This document shows positions 19,946-28,136 of a stretch of DNA of 58,707 bases, piece after piece. The stretch comes from Bacillota bacterium (GTDB taxonomy: Bacteria; Bacillota; Sulfobacillia; Sulfobacillales; JAIMBI01). The stretch lies in the NCBI GenBank assembly GCA_021795575.1, contig JAJYPH010000003.1, positions 1 through 58,707 of the forward strand, in the 5' to 3' direction. The notes beneath the pieces are model-generated. The model had not been told where the DNA came from. It made no database searches and was given only the letters and a program-made list of their open reading frames with translations. Each line of letters begins with the position of its first letter. Within the stretch, counting starts at the first letter, position 1. Both the position numbers and the translations under genes were made by a program.

Positions 19946-20392
19946 TCAGTCGCGGGGGCGCCGCGGGGTGCCGGCTGAAAGCTCCGCATCCGAAAAATAA
20001 ATGCGCATTTCGCGGTCCGCCGAGGCCTCACCATCCGCTCCGTGCACCAAGTTCTCGGTGATAGAGAGCGCCCAGTCGCCGCGAATCGTGCCCGGCGCCG
20101 CCTTGGCGGGATCCGTCACGCCCATCAGCCCGCGCACGACCGCGACCGCCTCACGACCCTCCCACACCATGGCCACGGCAGGGCCCGCGGTGATGAACTG
20201 CACCAGCTCCGGGTAGAACGGCTTGTCGCGGTGTTCCTCATAATGCTGCGCCGCCATCGCCGGCGACACCGCCACCAGCTTCAGGGCGGTGAGCGCCAAG
20301 CCCTTGGCCTCGAGCCGCGCGACGATGCGCCCTACCAAGCCGCGACGCACCCCGTCGGGCTTGACCATCACAAATGTACGCGACACGAACAT
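19946..20392 (-). CDS. ndk: nucleoside diphosphate kinase
   Basis: VKPDGV, PGTIRGD, NLVHG. Confidence 0.96.
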   Translation of the reverse strand: MFVSRTFVMVKPDGVRRGLVGRIVARLEAKGLALTALKLVAVSPAMAAQHYEEHRDKPFYPELVQFITAGPAVAMVWEGREAVAVVRGLMGVTDPAKAAPGTIRGDWALSITENLVHGADGEASADREMRIYFSDAELSAGTPRRPRD

Positions 20393-20442
20393 CCTTCTTT
20401 CACCTGGGGTTGACTAAGATGCGGGGTGGACCAGCCGGGCAT

Positions 20443-20820
20443 TCAGACGGCCGCGCGTTCGGCGTCTTTGCCCACCAGCACGCCGCGCAAGGTTTCCGAC
20501 GCGGTGAAGTGCTCGGCCCCAAACCGCTCGACAATGAACCGGCAGGCCTGCCAGGGGTCCACGCTGTCTCCGCACGTAAACACGTCGACGGCGGCGTACC
20601 CGTGCTCGGGCCAGGTATGGATGGCCAAATGCGACTCCGAGATCACCACCACACCGCTCACCCCCTGCGGGCTGAACTTGTGAAAGGCCACCTCGCGAAC
20701 CTCCGCGCCAGCCTGCAGGGCCGCTTTCACCATGATGTCCTCCACCATGGCGATATCGTTCAAGATCCGCGCCTCGCAGCCGTGGACTTCCGCCAGGATG
20801 TGCCGTCCCAACGCGTTCAT
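20443..20820 (-). CDS. speD: S-adenosylmethionine decarboxylase proenzyme
   Basis: [32 protein letters not shown]. Confidence 0.96.
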   Translation of the reverse strand: MNALGRHILAEVHGCEARILNDIAMVEDIMVKAALQAGAEVREVAFHKFSPQGVSGVVVISESHLAIHTWPEHGYAAVDVFTCGDSVDPWQACRFIVERFGAEHFTASETLRGVLVGKDAERAAV

Positions 20821-20908
20821 CGCATTACCAACCCCCTTTTGCCCCGTTTCATAGGAAATGGCGTCGTGTCGCCAGTGCGTGCGCGTCACCGGCCCGACGG
20901 CCATGCTC

Positions 20909-20936
20909 ATTCTACCAAACGGTTCCGGACTGTCAA
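20909..20936 (-). promoter_or_regulatory. sigma-A promoter for speD
   Basis: TTGACA-N16-TAGAAT with extended TG. Confidence 0.75.
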
Positions 20937-21051
20937 CAAAATATCAAGGTAATCGCGACTGGCGTCCGACCACGGCCCCGCAGGCTTCAAAAACCTCCGT
21001 CTAGGACGGCGACAATCGGGTTTTCTCTCCCACCCACCATCATCCGTGGGT

Positions 21052-22077
21052 TCACCGGGGCATATCGGCCGCCGGGGTCGGCGGGCACAGCGGGCATCGA
21101 CCCGTGCGCACCGCCAGCGCCCCCGCGTACACGCCCTGCAAGATGCGCACCTGACCTTCCGGGCCGGCCAGGCGGCGCCAGCGGTCCGCGCCCCTCGACA
21201 AGGTTCGCTGCCAGTCGTCGTCCTCCAGCAGGACGCCGACAGCCTCCCGCCACGCGCCCGGGTCGGTCCCATCCACTACCAGGGCTTCGACCGGGCAGCG
21301 CACGCGTCCCACGATGCCCGGTATCTGCGTCGCCAGCACCGCCCCCCCGGACCACATCGCCACATCGAGCAGGGAGGCCGCGGCGGAGCCCTCGGCCAGG
21401 GGCAGGATGGCCACCCGTGCGCCCGCCCACGCCGCCGGCCGCGCATCGTCTACCAACTCCAGGGGCAGGGCCAGGTCCGCCGCCACGGTGCGGGACGTGG
21501 CTACCAGGGCCGGCGCCGCGCCGGCCCCTGCCCACAACAAGATCCGCGAGCCCCCGGGCCCGGGGCTCGGGAGCGCCGAGGCCGGACCCGCCCCCAGGGT
21601 GACGCGCGTGGCACGCGCGTCCGCCGTGCCGCGTTCGGCGTCCCGTGAGCCCACATCCACCATCGCCGCGGCGCGGCGGGCCAGTACCGCCTCTCCGCGC
21701 GTGGGCGGCGCCGTGCGGGCATACACCAGCACCGGATGGCGCGGGGCGGCCGCGAGAGCCGAGAATCCCCACACCGCACACACGTCTTGGCCAGCCGCCC
21801 AAGGGACCGCATGGGCGCGGACTCGTGCTACCCCCTGCCATCCCACCCGCCACGGGACCCGCGTCCAGTGGCCCTGGCCGGCCCACCGCGCCCATTCCGC
21901 CGGCGGTTCCCGGGCCGCCAGCACATCCACCGCGAACCAGTCCGCTTCGAGGTACCGCAGCACCCCGGCCAGGATGGGCTCCAGTTCCGGCTCGGGCCCC
22001 ACCAGGAACCCCAGCCGAATGCGGCCCGCCGCCACCGCGCCGGCGGCCTGCCGGGGGCTGTCGCGGGGCGTCGTCAC
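21052..22077 (-). CDS. divergent GT-B (family 4-like) glycosyltransferase
   Basis: C-terminal AEG...LLDVAM.SG.AVLAT.IPG resembles the GT4 EX7E region; GTGA overlap. Confidence 0.55.
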   Translation of the reverse strand: MTTPRDSPRQAAGAVAAGRIRLGFLVGPEPELEPILAGVLRYLEADWFAVDVLAAREPPAEWARWAGQGHWTRVPWRVGWQGVARVRAHAVPWAAGQDVCAVWGFSALAAAPRHPVLVYARTAPPTRGEAVLARRAAAMVDVGSRDAERGTADARATRVTLGAGPASALPSPGPGGSRILLWAGAGAAPALVATSRTVAADLALPLELVDDARPAAWAGARVAILPLAEGSAAASLLDVAMWSGGAVLATQIPGIVGRVRCPVEALVVDGTDPGAWREAVGVLLEDDDWQRTLSRGADRWRRLAGPEGQVRILQGVYAGALAVRTGRCPLCPPTPAADMPR

Positions 22078-22523
22078 GGCCTCTCCGCCGGGGGCGCGTC
22101 CACCAGCGCGCCGAGCGCAGCCAGCATCGCACGTGCGTTGTCGCGCAGGATGACGGCGCCCACGGGGTTCAACAGCGCCGCCAGCATCGGCACGCCGAAT
22201 TCGAACTCGGTCACCAGCACGACGCGCACCACCCCCGGCGCCACGTCTTCCAGGCGCCACTCTCCCTCGAACTTCTTCAAGTCGCCGGCTACCTGCTGGT
22301 ATAGGATGCGGCCCGGGAGAAACTGGTCCCGCTCCGTCCACCGAAAGGTGACGCCTCGGAGCTTCGCCGTCCACGCCGTGACGGTGTAGCCCTCCCCCCG
22401 CTCCAGCACCACCACCGACTGCACGTCGGCCATCACGTCGGGAAAGCGCTCCATGTCGCAGAGCGCGGCGTACACACGGCCTGAGTCCGCGTGGACCAGG
22501 GTCTCCACGCTAACGCGCGGCAT
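22074..22523 (-). CDS. SRPBCC / polyketide cyclase-dehydrase family protein
   Basis: DMERFPDVM.DV, FRWTERD, GDLKKFEGEW. Confidence 0.88.
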   Translation of the reverse strand: MPRVSVETLVHADSGRVYAALCDMERFPDVMADVQSVVVLERGEGYTVTAWTAKLRGVTFRWTERDQFLPGRILYQQVAGDLKKFEGEWRLEDVAPGVVRVVLVTEFEFGVPMLAALLNPVGAVILRDNARAMLAALGALVDAPPAERP

Positions 22524-23814
22524 CGGGCACCTCTTCCAGATGCATGGCCGCCACCGCCGCGGCCGCCTCCCGCAGTCGGTCCACCACCAGTTCCAGCTGG
22601 TCCCGCCGAATCACGAGCGGGGGCAGCAGGCGCAGGACGCGCTCGTTGTTGTACGTATAGACCGCCACCACGCCGCGGTGGAACAGCTCACTCATCAGCG
22701 CTCCGCCCACGCCCGTCGAGGCCGTCTCCATCCCAATCATGAGGCCGCGGCCGCGGACGGTACTCAGCACCGTCGGGTAGTCGCGTGCCACGTCCTGGAG
22801 CGCGGGCAACAGCCACGCGCCCTGTCGGCGGGCGGCGCCCACCAAGTCTTCGTCCAGGACCACGCGGATGGCCTCGGCCGCCACCGCCGTGGCGAGCGGG
22901 TTCCCTCCAAACGTAGACGTGTGGATAAGCGGAGCCTCATTGAAAAATTCCCACACGCCCGGACGGCCCACGACGGCGCCCACCGGCACAATGCCGCCCG
23001 ACAGCGACTTTGACAGGCACAGCAGGTCGGGCACCACGCCTTCGTGGTTCACGGCAAACAAATCGCCGGTGCGGCCCAGCCCGGTCTGGACCTCGTCGGC
23101 GATGAGCAGCGCGCCACACGCCTCGGTGAGGCGCCGGGCGCCCGCCAGGTAGCCGTCGGGCGGCACGATGACGCCCCCCTCGCCTTGAATCGGTTCCAAA
23201 ATCACCGCGGCGACGTCATCACCCAGCTCCTGTTCCAAGGCATCCAGCGAGCCGTAGGCGACGTGGGTGACGTCGCCAATCAGGGGACGAAAGGGCTCCT
23301 GATACAGGGCGCGGCCGGATACCGCCAATGCTCCCATGGACTTGCCGTGAAACGCCCCCCAGGTGCTGATGAGCCGCGTGCGTCCGGTGGCGGCGCGGGC
23401 AAACTTCAGGGCCGCCTCGACCGCCTCCGTGCCGCTGTTGGTAAAGAAACTGTAGGTGAGGTCGCCCGGGGTCACCTCGGCCAGCAGTTCCGCCAGCTCG
23501 ATGGTGCGCGGATTCAGCAGCACGCGGGACGACATGGCCAGGTGATCCAGCTGGCGGCGAGCCGCCTCCACCAGTCGTGGGTGCCGATACCCATGCAGAA
23601 ACACCCCGTATCCACCCGAGCAGTCCAAAAAGCGCCGCCCGGCCGCGTCGACCAGTTCGGCCCCGGCACCGGTCGCCTCCACTTCATCGAGACCCATGAA
23701 TCGGAACACCCGGGCCAAGCCGGGGTTCATCGTGGCGGCAAACCGGTCCAACCAATCGGGGTAAGGCCATCCGGGGGTGAGGCCCTCCCGGGTTTCTGGG
23801 TTCTCCATGCTCAT
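22510..23814 (-). CDS. class-III PLP aminotransferase (PatA/HpnO-like)
   Basis: NSGTEAVE, FHGK, EPIQGEGG, DEVQTG, SKSLSGG, HTSTFGGNPLA. Confidence 0.92.
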   Translation of the reverse strand: MSMENPETREGLTPGWPYPDWLDRFAATMNPGLARVFRFMGLDEVEATGAGAELVDAAGRRFLDCSGGYGVFLHGYRHPRLVEAARRQLDHLAMSSRVLLNPRTIELAELLAEVTPGDLTYSFFTNSGTEAVEAALKFARAATGRTRLISTWGAFHGKSMGALAVSGRALYQEPFRPLIGDVTHVAYGSLDALEQELGDDVAAVILEPIQGEGGVIVPPDGYLAGARRLTEACGALLIADEVQTGLGRTGDLFAVNHEGVVPDLLCLSKSLSGGIVPVGAVVGRPGVWEFFNEAPLIHTSTFGGNPLATAVAAEAIRVVLDEDLVGAARRQGAWLLPALQDVARDYPTVLSTVRGRGLMIGMETASTGVGGALMSELFHRGVVAVYTYNNERVLRLLPPLVIRRDQLELVVDRLREAAAAVAAMHLEEVPDAAR

Positions 23815-23888
23815 CGCTCCCTGCCGGCAGTCTGCGGGCGCGGCCACGCCACGCTCCGCTTCATCATACGCCGGACCGGCGCGCCCCA

Positions 23889-24698
23889 CTAAATCCAGTG
23901 CCGGCGGTGGAACACCGCGAGCAGACTGACCGCCAGCGCACCCACCACGCCCACCACCACCCAAAACCCGTACGGCGAGCCGGCGCCGGGCAGATGGCGA
24001 AAGTTCATACCGTAGAGGGCCGCGACCAAAGACGCCGGCAGCATGACGGTGGTCACCACCGTGAGCGTCTTCACAATTTCGTTCAGCCGGGCACTCACCC
24101 CGGAAAAATACGCGTCCAGCACACCCGCCGCCAGCTCCCGCAGGCTGTCCACCCGAAGATGTTGGGCGGCGATCCGGTCGTGGCAGGCCACCTCCACGGG
24201 GCCGACCGACCCGTCCCCCCGCCCCGACCGGCGGGCCGCGCGGCGGTCGGTCTCGAGCCACTGGCGTGCCGTCAACAGGCGATGGCGCAGCGCGAGCGCC
24301 CCGTCCCGCACCGCCACCGGAGGATTGCTGGCCAGGCGGGTCTCGAGCCAGGCCTGCTGGCGATCCCATCCGTCCAGGCAGCGATCGCGCTCGTCGAGCA
24401 GCCCGTGCACCAACGACGCGGCCAGCCCTTCGGCGGTCACGGGCGGCACCGGAGCAGGGGGGGCCGCCCAGCGATACCCCGCGGGGCGCCAAGACTCCAC
24501 GCGCCCCGAGCGCCACCACACGGTGGCCGCCTGGCCCGCGGCGGCACCCGTCCACACCGTGAGGGTGACGGCGTGCCACCTCGCCCCAGTCTGTCCACCC
24601 CAGGGGCCGTCGGGGCGCACCCCGTCGCGCCACACCGTGCCGAGCCGCGCCGCCCGGTCCTGTCCCTGCCCTGTCCGCGCGCGTCCATGGCCACTCAC
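23889..24698 (-). CDS. CorA-family divalent cation transporter with divergent N-terminus
   Basis: LNEIVKTLTV, YGMNF, two C-terminal TM helices. Confidence 0.8.
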   Translation of the reverse strand: MSGHGRARTGQGQDRAARLGTVWRDGVRPDGPWGGQTGARWHAVTLTVWTGAAAGQAATVWWRSGRVESWRPAGYRWAAPPAPVPPVTAEGLAASLVHGLLDERDRCLDGWDRQQAWLETRLASNPPVAVRDGALALRHRLLTARQWLETDRRAARRSGRGDGSVGPVEVACHDRIAAQHLRVDSLRELAAGVLDAYFSGVSARLNEIVKTLTVVTTVMLPASLVAALYGMNFRHLPGAGSPYGFWVVVGVVGALAVSLLAVFHRRHWI

Positions 24699-24722
24699 CC
24701 CCGTAGCGTGTCCGCAGACAGC

Positions 24723-24748
24723 AAAAAGCTCCCGACGCGTCGGGAGCT
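24723..24748 (-). terminator. intrinsic terminator after tRNA-Pro
   Basis: Palindrome AGCTCCCGAC-GC-GTCGGGAGCT followed by a T-run on the minus strand. Confidence 0.75.
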
Positions 24749-24776
24749 CCGGGGACCAGCATCTGCAAGCACCAAC

Positions 24777-24852
24777 TGGTCGGACTGGCGGGATTCGAAC
24801 CCACGACCTCTACCACCCCAAGGTAGCGCGCTACCTACTGCGCCACAGCCCG
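24777..24852 (-). tRNA. tRNA-Pro (GGG)
   Basis: 76-nt cloverleaf; anticodon arm CTACC-TTGGGGT-GGTAG; GGTTCGAATCC; encoded CCA. Confidence 0.97.
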
Positions 24853-24864
24853 ATGTCAGGACCG

Positions 24865-24894
24865 AGTATAGCGCACGCGGGCGGAAATCGGCAA
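24865..24894 (-). promoter_or_regulatory. sigma-A promoter for tRNA-Pro
   Basis: TTGCCG-N18-TATACT. Confidence 0.6.
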
Positions 24895-24952
24895 TAGCCG
24901 CCGCCCGATCTGGCTCTGGGTGTGAATTTGCGGTCGGCGCGCTCGCACCGCA

Positions 24953-25008
24953 TTGACACCCGGTTGCTTAGCGACGTAATGTAATCGTGATTCTTACTAT
25001 TAAGAATC
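24953..25008 (+). promoter_or_regulatory. promoter plus palindromic operator for the peptide ABC operon
   Basis: TTGACA-N18-TAATGT, then perfect IR GATTCTTA-ctat-TAAGAATC (24989-25008). Confidence 0.55.
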
Positions 25009-25349
25009 CTGGCGGGCGCAGAAGGGCGGCGGCGCCCTCCTGAAGATGGCCTGCAGGAATTTCGGCACTGGTGGCGAATGATTAGGCCCGGTGTCATGAC
25101 GCGGGAGGATGTGGCCGCCGGGAGCGACGGCACAGGGACCTTGGGTCTCACGGTCATTGGACCGCTGGATGGGCGGTGACGACGGACCGGTGTCGGCTCC
25201 AGGGTCGTTTCGGCGGTAGTGTCGGCGAGTAGCGAGTGCCGTGCCGGACCTGGCACCCCTCATGCGGGTGGAGCACGTCCGATGACGACTGAGGTCCCAG
25301 TTCACGGTCTAACGACCGCATCACCGTTCAAGGAGGAGTCGAGGACATT

Positions 25350-27074
25350 ATGAAATTCCGTTCAGTCGGATGGATGGGAGCGGCGCTGGCGTCGGTTTCG
25401 CTGGTGGCAGCCGGATGCGGCTCGTCCGTGGCGCAGCCGCCCACGGCCAGCGTCACGTCCATTACGCTGCCCGGTGCGGTGCAGGGCGAACCCAACTGGT
25501 GGTTTCCCATCAGCCCCGCGTCGGTGTGCAGCACGATCAACGGGGACACCAACGGCATGATGTATCGGCCGCTGCTGTTCATTTCGAAAACTGACGGGAT
25601 CGACTACGGCCGGTCCATCGCCAGCGGCATCGCGGTCAGCAACAACGGCCAGACGTACACCATTACCCTGAACCCCAAGTGGAAGTGGTCCAACGGCCAG
25701 CCCATCACGGCCCAGGACGTGGCGCTGGGGTACAACATCCTGATGGCCTCCAGCCAGAGCAACGCGGTGTGGACCCAGTGCGGCGCGGGCATCGGCGGCG
25801 TGCCGCAGGACATCCAGAGCGGCACCGCGACCGGCAAGTACACGTTCGTGGTCAAGACGAAGGCACCGGTGAACCCCACCTGGTTCGAGCACAACGCATT
25901 GGCCCAGCTGATTCCGATTCCCCAGGTGTGGAACCATTCCAGCAACATGTCCAGCGAGCTGAAGTTCATTCAGAAGTACGGCAACTCGCCGTACAACGCG
26001 CTGTTCAACGTCGTGGACGGCCCCTACAAGTTCGGGGGCTTCAAGAACAACTCGTACTGGAAGCTCGTAGCCAACAAGAACTACACGGGGCCCACCAAGG
26101 CCACGATCACCAGCATCACGTTTGAGTACTTCACCTCGCCCGCGGCGCAGTTCGCGGCCATGCGGCGGCACCAGTTCCCCGAGGCGGGCCTGCCCAACTC
26201 GTTCTACAAGGACCGCGCGCAGCTGGCGCCGTACTACACGGTCCAGTCGGGCGTGCCGTCGTGGTGCTTCAACTACATGCAGCCCAACTTCAGCACCCAG
26301 GCCGCGGGCATCGGCGGGATGTTCAACAAGCTGTACTTCCGCCAGGCCCTCCAGATGGGCGTTGACCAAACGGCCATGATCCAGGACCTGCAGAACGGCT
26401 CGGGTTCGGTGATCCACGGGGTGATTCCCGCGACGCCGAAAAACGTGTACTACGACCCGGCCACCAAGAACTACGGCTACAACCCGGCGGCGGGCAAGAA
26501 GCTGTTGGAACAGCACGGCTGGAGCCTCAACAGCTCGGGCGTGATGTCCCGCACCAAGAATGGCACCACCCAGACGCTGGCGTTCCCGTTCCAGATCGTG
26601 AGTGGCTCCACCACGATCACCAACGAAGCCCAGCTGATGAAGCAGGACTGGGCCCAAGAGGGCATCGACGCCACGATTCAGACGGTGCCCTTCAACCAGG
26701 CCATCGCCGACGCTACGCAGACGGCGCCGCAGGTGTCCAAGTGGGCCCTCATCTGGTGGGGCGGCGGCTGGTGCTACGAGCCCGACTACTACCCGACCGG
26801 CGGTGGCTTGTTCAAGCCGGGCTCGGCAGCCAACTACGGTGGCTTGAACGACCCGACGCTGACCGCGGCCATCAACAAGACGTACGCGGTGTCGAGTCCG
26901 GCGCAGACGCTCAAGAACCTGGACGCGTACCAGGTGATTGCGGCCCAGCAGCTGCCGGTCATCTTCGCCCCGGAGGACTACGGGTTCATCGTGCGGAACA
27001 AGACCTTGAAGGGCTTGGTGTCCGCGTACAACCCGGTGACCACGGCCGAGTGGTACAACCACTGGACCGACTAG
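25350..27074 (+). CDS. peptide/nickel ABC transporter substrate-binding lipoprotein (OppA family)
   Basis: Lipobox VAAGC, KWSNG.PITA.DV, VDGPYK, RQALQMGVD; AAGGAGG RBS. Confidence 0.93.
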   Translation: MKFRSVGWMGAALASVSLVAAGCGSSVAQPPTASVTSITLPGAVQGEPNWWFPISPASVCSTINGDTNGMMYRPLLFISKTDGIDYGRSIASGIAVSNNGQTYTITLNPKWKWSNGQPITAQDVALGYNILMASSQSNAVWTQCGAGIGGVPQDIQSGTATGKYTFVVKTKAPVNPTWFEHNALAQLIPIPQVWNHSSNMSSELKFIQKYGNSPYNALFNVVDGPYKFGGFKNNSYWKLVANKNYTGPTKATITSITFEYFTSPAAQFAAMRRHQFPEAGLPNSFYKDRAQLAPYYTVQSGVPSWCFNYMQPNFSTQAAGIGGMFNKLYFRQALQMGVDQTAMIQDLQNGSGSVIHGVIPATPKNVYYDPATKNYGYNPAAGKKLLEQHGWSLNSSGVMSRTKNGTTQTLAFPFQIVSGSTTITNEAQLMKQDWAQEGIDATIQTVPFNQAIADATQTAPQVSKWALIWWGGGWCYEPDYYPTGGGLFKPGSAANYGGLNDPTLTAAINKTYAVSSPAQTLKNLDAYQVIAAQQLPVIFAPEDYGFIVRNKTLKGLVSAYNPVTTAEWYNHWTD

Positions 27075-27103
27075 TGCCCGGCCTCGGTTTCTGACTCGGT
27101 TCC

Positions 27104-27137
27104 GAGAGGCCGGTGGGGTTCGCCCCACCAGCCTCTC
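27104..27137 (+). terminator. intercistronic stem-loop after the SBP gene
   Basis: GAGAGGC-GGTGGGG-TTCG-CCCCACC-GCCTCTC with a T-run shortly after. Confidence 0.6.
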
Positions 27138-27205
27138 CCAAAGTTTTTGACGCGTGGCCCCGTGCTCGCGAGATTCGGACACGAAACGAGAGGAGGCGAC
27201 ATGCC

Positions 27206-28114
27206 ATGGCCCTGCCCCCCACTGAACTCACCGCCAACGTAACAGAACCCCAGCTGGGTCCCGACGTTGGCCCCCACGGCAACCGCCAGTGGCAAATTTT
27301 TTGGTCGAGCCCACTGGCCTGGATCGGGCTCGTGCTGACCGCCTTCATGGTGCTGTTCTCTTTTGTGGGCCCGCTGGTGTACCACACCAGTGCCTACACC
27401 CCGCATCTGACGCACATTTTGCAGCCGCCGTCGGCGCGATTTCCCCTGGGCACCAACACGCTGGGCCGCGATGAGCTGGCCCGCCTGATGCTGGGGGGCC
27501 AGCTGACGCTTATCATCGGCTTCATCGCCGCCCTGCTGTCCATGGTGTTTGGCACGATCTACGGCTTGGCGAGTGCCCTGGCCGGAGGCTTCACCGATGT
27601 GGTCATGATGCGCATCATCGATGTGCTGCTGGCCATCCCGGGCCTGTTCCTGCTGCTCCTCCTGGACTCGATGTTCACGCCCAATGCGGTGCTGCTGACC
27701 GCCATCTTTGCCGGAACCGCCTGGTTCGGCGTCACTCGTCTGGTCCGCTCCGAGGCCTTGAGTGTCCGCACCCGCGACTACGTCGAGGCGGCCCGCAGCA
27801 TGGGCGCCGGCACGTGGCGCATCATGCTGCGCCACCTGCTGCCGAACGTGATGGGCGTCGTGCTGGTGACGACCACGTTCCAGGTGGCGGGCGCCATTCT
27901 GGGCATCGCCACCCTGAGCTTCCTGGGTCTAGGCCTCCCACCGCCGCAGCCCAACTGGGGGGCGCAGCTGTCCACGGCCATGCAGTCCATGTTCCAGGGA
28001 GCCTGGTGGGTCATTTATCCCCCGGGGCTTTGCATCGTGTTTATCGAGTTGGGCGTCAACTTCCTGGGCGATGCCGTCCGGCAGGCGTTTGACCCTCGAC
28101 TTTTGGGCAACTGA
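27206..28114 (+). CDS. peptide ABC permease (OppC type)
   Basis: PLGTNTLGRD, YVEAARSMGA, HLLPN. Confidence 0.92.
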   Translation: MALPPTELTANVTEPQLGPDVGPHGNRQWQIFWSSPLAWIGLVLTAFMVLFSFVGPLVYHTSAYTPHLTHILQPPSARFPLGTNTLGRDELARLMLGGQLTLIIGFIAALLSMVFGTIYGLASALAGGFTDVVMMRIIDVLLAIPGLFLLLLLDSMFTPNAVLLTAIFAGTAWFGVTRLVRSEALSVRTRDYVEAARSMGAGTWRIMLRHLLPNVMGVVLVTTTFQVAGAILGIATLSFLGLGLPPPQPNWGAQLSTAMQSMFQGAWWVIYPPGLCIVFIELGVNFLGDAVRQAFDPRLLGN

Positions 28115-28136
28115 TCACGCGAAAGGAGTGAGGCCG

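Noticed and set aside
22510-24816. 768-aa ORF suggesting an aminotransferase fusion
   Set aside because: The extension runs through tRNA-Pro and corA in another frame; the real start is ATG 23814 with an RBS
24777-24852. tRNA-Pro as an integration site for an island
   Set aside because: I saw no duplicated tRNA 3' end and no integrase in the window
25362-27182. 606-aa antisense ORF over the binding-protein gene
   Set aside because: Stop-free shadow caused by strong GC3 codon bias; no recognisable motifs
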